Below are positions 8,500 through 17,527 of a DNA stretch of 64,000 nt, piece after piece. The notes below the pieces were generated by a model, which ran no database searches, had not been told where the DNA came from, and saw nothing but the letters and a program-made list of their open reading frames with translations. This DNA is from Chitinophagaceae bacterium (GTDB taxonomy: Bacteria; Bacteroidota; Bacteroidia; Chitinophagales; Chitinophagaceae). Within the stretch, counting starts at the first letter, position 1. The number at the start of each line of letters is the position of its first letter. The stretch covers positions 1,756 through 65,755 of the forward strand of contig CBDFFP010000008.1 of NCBI GenBank assembly GCA_965246855.1. Direction: 5' to 3'. A program made the position numbers and the translations under genes.

Positions 8500-8614
8500 A
8501 GCGCAGGCGTTTTTTTAGGAAAGAGCGCAAAAATAGGCTTTGTCCGGTAGCGGTTTCATGAGCCGCAAACCGAAAGTGTTGTTTTGGAAAAAGCTTTGCG
8601 CCTACTTTTGAACA

Positions 8615-9385
8615 ATGCAAAGAACCCTTGTTTTTCTGTTGCTTTTGCTGTCTCCGGCGCTCCTGCGTGCGCAGCAGGATGCCGATCTCTTTGGCCCCAT
8701 GAGCGGCGGTACTACCCGGCAGGCATTCCTCATCGGCGTGCAGGGCGGATATGACATTCCCTTTGGCGACATGGCAAAACGTTTCGGCAATTCTTTCCGC
8801 GTGGGCGGTTCTTTACAATACCGGCTAAAGAACAACTGGCAGTTTGGCGTGAAAGGCGATTTTCTTTTCGGAACTCAAATCCGGGAGGACAGCCTGTTGG
8901 GAAATCTGCGTGATGTATCGGGCTTCTACCTCAACGACGACGGGCAGCGCACGGGCATGGAAATCGCAGAGCGCGGCTACACGCTGGGCCTCACGGCGGG
9001 CAAGATGATTCCCTTTTCCAAAAACCAGCCGAACCGGGGACTGCTCCTGCAACTTACCGCTGGCTTTATTCAGCACAAGGTTTTTTACTTCAATCTGCAG
9101 GACAATTTTGCGCAGCTCCGCGACGAGTATAAGAAAGGTTATGACCGGCTGACCAACGGAATTTTTGTAGAGCCGTACATCGGCTATCAGCATTTTTCGG
9201 AAAGCGGGCTGGTGAATTTCCACCTCGGTATCAGCAGCACTTTCGGCTTCACGGCAGGCCGCCGCGACTGGCAGCTTGACCTTGCCCGGCCTTATACAGA
9301 ATCGCGCCTGGATGGGCTGTTTGGCTTTCGCGCTGGATGGTATTTCGCGGTGTACAGCCGGAAGAGTGCGGACGTGTATTATTGA
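8615..9385 (+). CDS. hypothetical secreted protein, possibly an outer-membrane beta-barrel
   Basis: Signal peptide MQRTLVFLLLLLSPALLRAQ, alternating hydrophobic pattern, and an aromatic C-terminus (SADVYY). Confidence 0.5.
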   Translation: MQRTLVFLLLLLSPALLRAQQDADLFGPMSGGTTRQAFLIGVQGGYDIPFGDMAKRFGNSFRVGGSLQYRLKNNWQFGVKGDFLFGTQIREDSLLGNLRDVSGFYLNDDGQRTGMEIAERGYTLGLTAGKMIPFSKNQPNRGLLLQLTAGFIQHKVFYFNLQDNFAQLRDEYKKGYDRLTNGIFVEPYIGYQHFSESGLVNFHLGISSTFGFTAGRRDWQLDLARPYTESRLDGLFGFRAGWYFAVYSRKSADVYY

Positions 9386-9484
9386 GTAGAAAGCTGTTAG
9401 TAGAAAGATCGACATTTATCGTCGATGATAGAAAGCTTTTAGGGAATTCCGTAGGGACACGCCGAGCGCGTCCGCATAGTCCAT

Positions 9485-10750
9485 ATGGCCCAACGACTAC
9501 CGACCATCGCCTACAACCTCGCTCTTGCCGCCTATCGCACAGCGGCGCAGACGCTGGCCCATTTCTCCCCGAAGGCGCAGAAGTTCGTGGACGGAAGGAA
9601 AGGACTTTTGGCGAAAATAGAAGCGGCTTTCAAGGAAGAAAAACGCCCCGTCATCTGGATGCATTGCGCGTCGCTCGGCGAGTTTGAGCAAGGACGGCCT
9701 GTATTGGAAGCATTGCGGGAAAAGCATCTTGAGTACGCTTTCCTGCTCACGTTCTTTTCGCCTTCGGGTTACGAGGTGCGAAAGGATTATGCAGGCACAG
9801 ACTACGTGTTTTATCTCCCGCACGATACACCCGCAAACGCCGCCGATTTCATTCGCATTACCAGGCCCGTGCTGGCTTTGATGGTGAAATACGACTTGTG
9901 GCTTCATTACCTAGAAGCACTGAAAGCAGCGGAAATTCCGGTCGTTTTGTTCGCGGCGCGGTTCACGCCAAAACACGGGTTTTTCCGTTGGTATGGAAGC
10001 GTGCAGCGCCGGATGCTGCGTCTGCTCACACACATTTTTGTGCAGGATGAAGCTTCGCAAAAACTGCTCCAAGAAAATGGCTTCAACGCCGTTTCCGTTG
10101 CAGGCGATACACGCTTCGACCGCGTGGCCGAAGCGGCAAAAACAGCGGCAGAACATCCAACCTTATTGGCCTTTGCGCAAGGTGCGCCCCTCCTGATTGC
10201 AGGAAGCACTTGGCCGCAAGACGAAGCCCTTTTAGAACAAATTCTTCCGCAATTGCCGCCGGAATGGAAATTGGTCATCGTGCCGCACGAAGTGGACGAA
10301 GCGCATCTCCAAAAAATAGAAACGCTTTTCGGGAAAGACATCCTTCGCTGGGGCGATGTGGACAAGCGCGAAACTCGCGTGTTGCTGGTGGATAGGGTAG
10401 GCCTGCTGTTGCAGTTGTACAAGTCGGCAACCATTGCTTATTTAGGAGGAGGCTTTGGCCGAGCAGGCGTTCACAATGTGCTGGAACCCGCAGCAATGGG
10501 CGCGCCGGTCATTCACGGGCCAATCTTTCATCAGTTCTTGGAGGCGGAAGAATTGGTGCGGCAGGGTGGGGCCGAAGTGGTGAAGAATGCAGCAGAAACA
10601 GAGGTTGCTTTTCACTGCTGGACGACCGACGAAAAAGCGCGCAAAAAAGCGGGCGAAAAAGCGCGTCAGTATGTGCAATTGCAAAGGGGCGCGACGGAGA
10701 AAATTGTGCGTTTTCTGGAAAAGTTTTTGCCCCATTCTGCGGTGTCATGA
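9485..10750 (+). CDS. waaA: 3-deoxy-D-manno-octulosonic acid (Kdo) transferase
   Basis: RPVIWMHCASLGEFEQGRPVLEAL, FFSPSGYE and the C-terminal GGSF/GGHN-like region (GGGFGRAGVHNVLEPAAMGAPVIHGP). Confidence 0.9.
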   Translation: MAQRLPTIAYNLALAAYRTAAQTLAHFSPKAQKFVDGRKGLLAKIEAAFKEEKRPVIWMHCASLGEFEQGRPVLEALREKHLEYAFLLTFFSPSGYEVRKDYAGTDYVFYLPHDTPANAADFIRITRPVLALMVKYDLWLHYLEALKAAEIPVVLFAARFTPKHGFFRWYGSVQRRMLRLLTHIFVQDEASQKLLQENGFNAVSVAGDTRFDRVAEAAKTAAEHPTLLAFAQGAPLLIAGSTWPQDEALLEQILPQLPPEWKLVIVPHEVDEAHLQKIETLFGKDILRWGDVDKRETRVLLVDRVGLLLQLYKSATIAYLGGGFGRAGVHNVLEPAAMGAPVIHGPIFHQFLEAEELVRQGGAEVVKNAAETEVAFHCWTTDEKARKKAGEKARQYVQLQRGATEKIVRFLEKFLPHSAVS

Positions 10751-10826
10751 GGTGTAGGGACGCGCCGCGCGTGTCCGCCCAGCCCACATTCTCTGCGGAC
10801 ATACACAGCGCGTCTCTACCATTTTT

Positions 10827-10856
10827 GTAAGAACGCGCCTCTTGGCGCGTTCTTAC
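10827..10856 (+). terminator. hairpin downstream of waaA; member of the GTAGGRACGCGCC REP-like family
   Basis: gtaagaacgcgcc-tctt-ggcgcgttcttac is a perfect 13-bp stem. Confidence 0.55.
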
Positions 10857-10865
10857 ATTCGCGCC

Positions 10866-11432
10866 ATGTTTCGCGAACGCCATTTAGGCCGGGAAAAAGG
10901 CGGCTGGATAGAAGTTATCTGCGGCAGCATGTTTTCCGGTAAGACAGAAGAACTCATTCGCCGCCTTCGCCGCGCTGAAATCGCGCGGCTGCCGGTAGAA
11001 GTGTATAAACCTGCTACGGACGTGCGCTATGCACAGGAAGAAGTGGTGTCACACAACACGGGCAAGCTTCCATCGCGACCCGTGCATAATGCTATGGAAA
11101 TCCTTTTGCTGGCTTCTTCCGGTGCGGTGGTGGGTATTGACGAGGCGCAGTTTCTGGACGAAGCCCTGCCCGATGTGGCGGCGCAACTGGCACATCGCGG
11201 CTGCCGCGTAATTGTAGCGGGACTGGACATGGATTTTTCCGGAAAGCCTTTCGGCCCGATGCCGCAGGTTCTGGCCATTGCGGAACACATTACCAAGCTC
11301 CACGCCATCTGCGTTGTGTGTGGCGAACTGGCGAATTTCTCCTTCCGGAAAAATGCGGCTACCGAAACCTTTCAACTGGGCGCAGGCGAGCGCTATGAGC
11401 CGAGATGCCGCCAGTGTTATGGGGAAGAATAA
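10866..11432 (+). CDS. tdk: thymidine kinase
   Basis: GWIEVICGSMFSGKTEELIRRLRRA (P-loop), VIGIDEAQF, and the C-terminal zinc ribbon CVVCG...CRQC. The ATG at 10866 is preferred to the TTG at 10842. Confidence 0.9.
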   Translation: MFRERHLGREKGGWIEVICGSMFSGKTEELIRRLRRAEIARLPVEVYKPATDVRYAQEEVVSHNTGKLPSRPVHNAMEILLLASSGAVVGIDEAQFLDEALPDVAAQLAHRGCRVIVAGLDMDFSGKPFGPMPQVLAIAEHITKLHAICVVCGELANFSFRKNAATETFQLGAGERYEPRCRQCYGEE

Positions 11433-11475
11433 AAGTCCCTTTTCAGGAAACAAAGAATATATTCAGAATGATGCC

Positions 11476-11701
11476 GTCCCCGAAACCGGGGATGGTGCGA
11501 GTAGTCGGTTTTGTGACGTCCCCGATTTCAGGGATAGCGCAAGTAATCGGTTTTGCGGCACCCCCGATTTCAGGGACGCCTAAAATTTCAGAATTTCCTT
11601 TATCCCCAAAATCGGGGATGCCTAAAATTTCAGAACTTCCTTTATCCCCCAAACCGGGGATGCCTAAAGTTCCAGAACTTTAGGCATCCCCGGTTTGGGG
11701 G
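11476..11701. repeat. tandem array B: about five 42-bp units ending in a 27-bp perfect inverted repeat (11646-11672 / 11675-11701)
   Basis: ccccgatttcaggga recurs 42 nt apart. ggatgcctaaaatttcagaa(t/c)ttcctttatcccc also recurs 42 nt apart. The terminal hairpin is cccccaaaccggggatgcctaaagttc-ca-gaactttaggcatccccggtttggggg. Confidence 0.8.
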
Positions 11702-11758
11702 AGGGTTATAATTTAAATATAGCCAGCAGTCCGCGTTTTCCGGGGAAGGCGCTCTCCT

Positions 11759-12865
11759 TTAGAAATTCAAGTCTTCCGGCTCTCCGGCCAGCCGCCGGCC
11801 CTGAAGGATATCCGCCCGAAACCGGTTTGCTCTGTTTGTCATGGTCTCTACTATGTCTTTGGGTACGGGTGCTAATCCAAGATTGTGGTTGAGCAGATAT
11901 TCCTCGTAAGCTATGGGCAGGTGTTCGGCAATCATCCGCAGCCGGTAAAGCTGCTCGGTATTGAGGATGGCTTCTCGAAAGTCGTAATGGCCTTCCATGG
12001 GAATCATCTCGTCGGCTTCCAACAGGCAGGAAATAGCCGTCATGAGCTGCTCGTCCATTTCCCCGTGCCGGTTCTGGTGACTGGCTGCCTCGTAAAACCT
12101 TCGGGTGGGGGCATCTTCAAAAGTGGTTACGAAGTATTTCAGGTGTTCTTCGTCGTATGGCAACGGGGGCCGTTGGTCGCTGTTGCGCTCGTGTTCGGCC
12201 CATTCTTCGGCATGTTCTGCCCGTTGCTTGTCGTAGGCCAGTTGCAGGTAGAAATCTTCCTTTGGCCCCCGGACGTCGGGCAGGGTCATCAGCACCCCTG
12301 CGCCGGTGCGGCCATTGTGGAAGTCATACCATTCCGGGAAGTTGCGGTTGGCATCATCCGTGGCGTAGGCTTCTTTGAGGTCTTCATAGTCCTGCCAGTT
12401 GTGGAGGAACCAGCGCCCCTCATCGGGTTCTACATAGGCGTTGTTGCTCAGCAGGTATTGCCGGTAGAGTTCCACCTCGTGTTCCGCAATGGGTTCCAGA
12501 AAAGGGCAGCGCAGGATGTCGTTTTCCCAACGGAGAAAGTCCTCGCAAATCTCCACGCCCTCATAGGTTTCCTTTTCCGCGCGCCAGAGGCATTGCGCGT
12601 CGAAAAGCTTTTTTTGCAGGATGCATTTCAGGTGTACTGCTGCGGCTTCAATCCACTGCGTTTCGGCTTTTTCGTTTTGTTCCACATTCCACTTCCCGTT
12701 GTCCAGCCACATCTTCTTTCGCTGGGCATAAAAAGGGATAAAGGAATCGACGGAATAGGAAGCAAAGCGTTCAAAATAGGCTTGGAAATGCGGCTCGGTG
12801 CGCAGTTCGTGTTCTATCTGCTCTTGGGTGATTTTTGGGTTCTCTTCGTTTGTTTCTTCAGACAT
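11759..12865 (-). CDS. hypothetical acidic Trp-rich cytoplasmic protein, paralog 1 of a tandem pair
   Basis: Start at MSEETNEENPK (ATG ending at 12865). Shares long identical blocks with the next gene (NEKAETQW, QKKLFDAQCLWRAE, NFPEWYDFHNGRTGAGVLM, IAEHLP.AYEEYLLN, GRRLAGEPEDLNF). Confidence 0.7.
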   Translation of the reverse strand: MSEETNEENPKITQEQIEHELRTEPHFQAYFERFASYSVDSFIPFYAQRKKMWLDNGKWNVEQNEKAETQWIEAAAVHLKCILQKKLFDAQCLWRAEKETYEGVEICEDFLRWENDILRCPFLEPIAEHEVELYRQYLLSNNAYVEPDEGRWFLHNWQDYEDLKEAYATDDANRNFPEWYDFHNGRTGAGVLMTLPDVRGPKEDFYLQLAYDKQRAEHAEEWAEHERNSDQRPPLPYDEEHLKYFVTTFEDAPTRRFYEAASHQNRHGEMDEQLMTAISCLLEADEMIPMEGHYDFREAILNTEQLYRLRMIAEHLPIAYEEYLLNHNLGLAPVPKDIVETMTNRANRFRADILQGRRLAGEPEDLNF

Positions 12866-12935
12866 AAGAAGGGATGTTTTAAGAAAGGTTGAAAATACAA
12901 AACGCGCTGCGGACAAAAAAGAAGGGCTGCCTTCT

Positions 12936-14072
12936 TTAGAAATTCAAATCTTCCGGCTCTCCGGCCAGGCGCCGGCCTGTTAGAATGCGATTATAAGGGG
13001 TTTGGAAAAGCCGGGCATAAAATTCCACCCGCTCTTTATCAACACTGTGCAGGCCGAGGCTTTGGTTCAGGAGGTATTCTTCGTAGGCCAGCGGCAGGTG
13101 TTCGGCAATCTTGCGCAGCCGGTAGCGGTGTTCGGCTTCCCGCAGGGCGTCGCGGAAATCGGCGTGCTTCTCCGTGGGTATCGGCTCGTCGGCATCCAGC
13201 AAAAGCCGAATAATTCCTTCCAGGTTGCTCCGGTCTTCGCTGTTGCGATGGTTGTAGGTAAAGCCCTCGTACAAGGCCCGCGTGCGCGCGTCCTCAAAGG
13301 TGATTACGAAGTGGCGAATTTGTTTTTGGTCGTAGGAATTTATCTCGGGGCGTTTATCCCTTGTGCGTTCCCATTCCGCAAAGTGGGCATCGTCTGCTGG
13401 CCGCTCCAAGGTGTCGTAAGCCAGTTTTATGTAGAAGTCTTCTTTCTCGCCCCGGAGGTCGGGCAGGGCCATAAGCACGCCTGCGCCGGTGCGGCCATTA
13501 TGGAAGTCGTACCACTCCGGGAAGTTGCCTTTGGCATTGTCCGTGTAGTGGGCGGCTTTTATTTCCCTGTAATCCTGCCAGTCCCCGTCTTGCCAGCCGT
13601 CCCAAAGGCGGGATTTCAGTTCGGGGTTGTTGCTTCGTAGATACTGTTGGTACAACCTCATTTCTTCCTCCGTTATCGGCTCCAGAAAAGGACAGTGCAG
13701 GATGTTCTCTCCCCACCGCTTAAAGTCAAAACAAATCTTCACGCCCTCATAAGTTGCCTGTTCGGCGCGCCAGAGGCATTGGGCATCAAAAAGTTTCTTT
13801 TGGAGGGTAAACTTCAGGTGCCTGGCGGCTTCTTCCATCCACTGCGTTTCGGCTTTTTCATTCTGGTCAATGGAGAATTGTCCCCAAGTCAGCCACCTCT
13901 TTTTCTGTCGCGCGTAATCGTGGATAAAATCGTCCACGGAATCTGCCTCAAAGGCTTCAAAATAGCTTTTGAAGCGCGGGTCGGTGCGCAGGAAGTCTTC
14001 TATCTGCTCCTTGGTGATGGGCGGCTCCTGCGGTTGGTCTTCAGTGTCGGGCGCTAAAGGTTCTTCGGGCAT
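12936..14072 (-). CDS. hypothetical acidic Trp-rich cytoplasmic protein, paralog 2 of a tandem pair
   Basis: 378 aa, collinear with 11759-12865. Has no signal peptide, no TM segment and no motif I recognise. Confidence 0.7.
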   Translation of the reverse strand: MPEEPLAPDTEDQPQEPPITKEQIEDFLRTDPRFKSYFEAFEADSVDDFIHDYARQKKRWLTWGQFSIDQNEKAETQWMEEAARHLKFTLQKKLFDAQCLWRAEQATYEGVKICFDFKRWGENILHCPFLEPITEEEMRLYQQYLRSNNPELKSRLWDGWQDGDWQDYREIKAAHYTDNAKGNFPEWYDFHNGRTGAGVLMALPDLRGEKEDFYIKLAYDTLERPADDAHFAEWERTRDKRPEINSYDQKQIRHFVITFEDARTRALYEGFTYNHRNSEDRSNLEGIIRLLLDADEPIPTEKHADFRDALREAEHRYRLRKIAEHLPLAYEEYLLNQSLGLHSVDKERVEFYARLFQTPYNRILTGRRLAGEPEDLNF

Positions 14073-14148
14073 GAGAAAGAGGGGATTTTAGGGAAAGGTT
14101 GAAAATACAAAACACTTCGCTTGTCTGCCACCTGTTACTTTTGCGCCT

Positions 14149-15603
14149 GTGAGAAAAAAGGCTTTTTCAGGTGTCTTCTTTGCATTGCTCTTTTGTCTGC
14201 CGGGCCTTTCTGCGCTTGCGCAGAGCGGGGAAACCTGGAGCCTGCAACGTTGCGTGCAATACGCGCTGGAACACAACATCAGCATTCAGCAAAACGTCCT
14301 CAATGAGCGGCTGTCGCAATTGCGCCTAAAGCAAAGCCGGCTTTCGCAGCTTCCCAACGCCAACCTGAACGGCACTTTCGGGCAGTCGTTTGGCCGCTCG
14401 GTGAACCCCACAACCAACCAGTTTGTGGACGGTAGCTATCGCTACTTTTCCGGCTCCGGTTCGGCAGATGTGCTGCTTTTTGGCTGGTTTTCGCGGCGAC
14501 GTCTGATAGAATCCAACCGCTTTAGCGCGCAGGCTGCCGTGCAAGACCTTTCACAACTGCGTGATGATATTTCGCTCAACGTAGCCAATGGCTACTTGCG
14601 CGCCTTGCTGGCCAAACAGCAAATTGCAGTGCTGGAGCAGCAGACAAAACTTTCTTCTGCCCAGCTTGTGCAGACGCAGAAATTCGTGAGCAGCGGACGG
14701 CTGCCGGAACTGAATGCGGCGCAGTTAGAGTCGCAGTTGGCCTCCGACAGTGCCGCCTATATTTCCGGGGTCGCCGACTACACGTCTGCCATTCTGGACT
14801 TGAAAGCCCTCTTGAATTTTTCTTTTGAAACGCCGCTGGAAATTGAAACGCCCAACCTTTCGCCCGAAGTTTTTGCTGCGCAGGTAAGCGTTTCGCCGGA
14901 AGAAGTGTATGCACTGGCAGCCCGCCGTTTCGGGACGCTCAAAAGTGCGGCGCTGAAAGTTTCTTCCGCTGTCGCTTCCGAGAAATCGGCATCGGCGGCG
15001 CGCTGGCCGCAGCTTAGCCTGACGGCGCAACTGGGCAACAACTGGGCGAGTAATTATCAGACGGTAACAGGTGTCAATCTCGGTGATTACACGCAGTCCG
15101 GTCAGTATTTCACACAAGGCAGCGATGGAAAGTACACGCCCATTTACACGCTGGGCGCAACACCCGTTTTTGGCACCGTTCCATTCGTAACCCAGTTTGA
15201 AAACAACTTCCGGCAGATTATAGGTCTCAATCTTAACGTGCCCATTTTCAACGCTTGGCAAAACCAGTTCAACTACAAACAGGCGCAGATTAACACGTTG
15301 AGCGCGCGCCTCAACAAAGACCAGGCGGAAATCACCCTGAAGCAAAACGTGTATAAAGCCTGTAACGACGCGAAGAACGCCTGGCAACGCTACCACTCCG
15401 CCGAACGCGCCGCCGATGCCGCTAACCGCGCGTTGAATTTTGCGCAGAAACGCTACGCCATCGGATTGACAAATACAGTGGAATATCTGGTAACGCAGAA
15501 CGCCCAATTCCGCGCGGAATCCACGTTGCGCAACGCGCTGTTTGAATACATCTTCCGCGCCAAAGTGCTGGATTATTACCAAGGCAAAGAGCTAAAACTG
15601 TAA
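14149..15603 (+). CDS. TolC family outer-membrane efflux protein
   Basis: Signal peptide, then WSLQRCVQYALEHNISIQQ. Two repeated halves contain RYAIGLTNTVEYL-type OEP motifs. Confidence 0.85.
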   Translation: MRKKAFSGVFFALLFCLPGLSALAQSGETWSLQRCVQYALEHNISIQQNVLNERLSQLRLKQSRLSQLPNANLNGTFGQSFGRSVNPTTNQFVDGSYRYFSGSGSADVLLFGWFSRRRLIESNRFSAQAAVQDLSQLRDDISLNVANGYLRALLAKQQIAVLEQQTKLSSAQLVQTQKFVSSGRLPELNAAQLESQLASDSAAYISGVADYTSAILDLKALLNFSFETPLEIETPNLSPEVFAAQVSVSPEEVYALAARRFGTLKSAALKVSSAVASEKSASAARWPQLSLTAQLGNNWASNYQTVTGVNLGDYTQSGQYFTQGSDGKYTPIYTLGATPVFGTVPFVTQFENNFRQIIGLNLNVPIFNAWQNQFNYKQAQINTLSARLNKDQAEITLKQNVYKACNDAKNAWQRYHSAERAADAANRALNFAQKRYAIGLTNTVEYLVTQNAQFRAESTLRNALFEYIFRAKVLDYYQGKELKL

Positions 15604-15609
15604 AATAAA

Positions 15610-16422
15610 ATGACCGACAGAACTGCGCTTCGGAAGAAGCTGAAAGACTGTGTGTATAAAGGCGGCGGGATGATTCTGGCGCGCTTCGGCGGGCCTTTCA
15701 CCGTGAGCGAAAAAGAAGGCATCAACAATCCCGTTACCGAAGTGGATCAGGCGGTGGAGCGCATGGTTACGGAGATGATTCTGGAAGAATTTCCGGGCCA
15801 TTTTATTTTAGGAGAAGAATACCGGAACGAGCGCCCGAAAGAAGCGGAATACCTGTGGATTCTGGACCCGATTGACGGCACGGTGAACTTCGCGCACAAC
15901 ATTCCCTTGTGCTGCATCAGCCTTGCGCTGCTCCATAACGACGAACTGATTTTGGGCGCGGTGTATAACCCGATGATGGACGAGTTTTTCTTTGCGGAAA
16001 AAGGTGCGGGCGCTTTTCTCAACGGGCAGCCGATTGGCGTTTCTGCTCAAAATAATTTCGCAAAATCCTGCCTCGTTACCGGCTTTCCCTACACATGGGA
16101 CGGCGATGGGCCACATCCGGTGGACGTGTTTGGCCACTTCGTGAAACAAGGACTTCCTATCCGCCGCCTCGGCTCTGCCGCGCTGGATTTGTGCTGGGTG
16201 GCGTGTGGTCGTTTTGACGGTTTTTGGGAGTATAATCTCCAACCGTGGGATATCGCCGCTGGTTATCTTTTGGTAGCCGAAGCAGGCGGAAAAGTAACCG
16301 ATTTTTCCGGCGCTCCGGCCTCGGCTTTTGACAAGCGGACGCTGGCCACCAACGGCCATATTCACGCCGAAATGCAGGCGCAGATTATCCACATTTTTGA
16401 CACTTTTTCCACAAAAAAATAA
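15610..16422 (+). CDS. inositol monophosphatase family protein
   Basis: WILDPIDGTVNFAH and WDIAAGYLLVAEAGG motifs. Confidence 0.9.
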   Translation: MTDRTALRKKLKDCVYKGGGMILARFGGPFTVSEKEGINNPVTEVDQAVERMVTEMILEEFPGHFILGEEYRNERPKEAEYLWILDPIDGTVNFAHNIPLCCISLALLHNDELILGAVYNPMMDEFFFAEKGAGAFLNGQPIGVSAQNNFAKSCLVTGFPYTWDGDGPHPVDVFGHFVKQGLPIRRLGSAALDLCWVACGRFDGFWEYNLQPWDIAAGYLLVAEAGGKVTDFSGAPASAFDKRTLATNGHIHAEMQAQIIHIFDTFSTKK

Positions 16423-17465
16423 TGACTGACAATACGCGGACGGAGCTTTCGTCTATGGGCGAATTCCCCCTGATAGAACATTTGACGCAGGACTTTGAAA
16501 CAAAGAATATTTCCACCCTTACCGGCATCGGCGACGACGCGGCGGTGCTGGACCATTTTGGCCGCCAAACTGTGCTGACAACCGACTTGCTGATTGAAGG
16601 TGTCCACTTTGATTTGAGCTATTGTCCACTGAAACATCTGGGCTACAAAGCCGTGGCAGTGAACCTTTCTGACGTGTATGCGATGATGGCCACACCGACG
16701 CAAATCACGGTTTCTATTGCCGTTTCCAATCGTTTTCCGGTGGAAGCACTTGAAGAATTGTACGCCGGAATTGCAGCAGCCTGCGAGCGTTACAATGTGG
16801 ACTTGGTCGGTGGCGATACGTCTTCTTCCACCAAAGGTTTACTGCTTTCCGTAACGGCCATTGGCGAGCTTGCGCCCGGCACAGCGGCCCTGCGTAGTGG
16901 CGCGCGAGAAGGCGACCTGATTTGCCTCAGCGGCGACGTAGGCGGTGCGTATCTGGGCTTGCAGTTGTTAGAAAGGGAGAAGCGCATTTTTATGGAAAAC
17001 CCGCAGGTGCAGCCCAATCTGGAAGGCCGGGTATATGTGGTTGGCCGGCAGCTAAAACCAGAGCCGCGCGCCGACATTGTGGCGTGGTTGCAGGAGCACC
17101 ACATTACCCCAACGGCCATGATTGACGTGAGCGACGGCGTGTCTTCGGAGCTGATGCACCTGTGCAACAAAAGCGAGGCCGGCTGCGTGATTTACGAAGA
17201 CAAATTGCCCATTCACGATGACAGCCGCGAGGCCGCTTTTGAGTTCAATTTAGACCCGACACTTTGTGCGCTGAACGGCGGTGAAGACTACGAACTGCTG
17301 TTCACCATTCCGCAAACGGCCTACGAAAAAGTAGCAGCCAACGGCAACATTTCCATCATCGGCTACATGACGAAACCCGAAGAAGGCCGGAAAATCCACA
17401 CCAAAGGCAAGACCGTTCACGACCTTCTGGCACAGGGCTGGAAGGCGTTTGGCGAAGGGAAATAA
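16422..17465 (+). CDS. thiL: thiamine-monophosphate kinase
   Basis: GEFPLIEHLT...GIGDDAAVL...DLLIEGVHFDL...GYKAVAVNLSDVYAMMA. The start overlaps the preceding stop (ATGA). Confidence 0.9.
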   Translation: MTDNTRTELSSMGEFPLIEHLTQDFETKNISTLTGIGDDAAVLDHFGRQTVLTTDLLIEGVHFDLSYCPLKHLGYKAVAVNLSDVYAMMATPTQITVSIAVSNRFPVEALEELYAGIAAACERYNVDLVGGDTSSSTKGLLLSVTAIGELAPGTAALRSGAREGDLICLSGDVGGAYLGLQLLEREKRIFMENPQVQPNLEGRVYVVGRQLKPEPRADIVAWLQEHHITPTAMIDVSDGVSSELMHLCNKSEAGCVIYEDKLPIHDDSREAAFEFNLDPTLCALNGGEDYELLFTIPQTAYEKVAANGNISIIGYMTKPEEGRKIHTKGKTVHDLLAQGWKAFGEGK

Positions 17466-17527
17466 GCGCCGATGCGGAGAAGTGGGAAGTTTATTGTAGC
17501 TTGGTAGCCGATTTCTACTCCCTCTGC

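Noticed and set aside
14149-15603. TolC-family gene as part of a complete efflux operon
   Set aside because: No membrane-fusion protein or RND/ABC pump gene is adjacent; the next genes are IMPase and thiL. It is therefore treated as a stand-alone outer-membrane channel, which is common.
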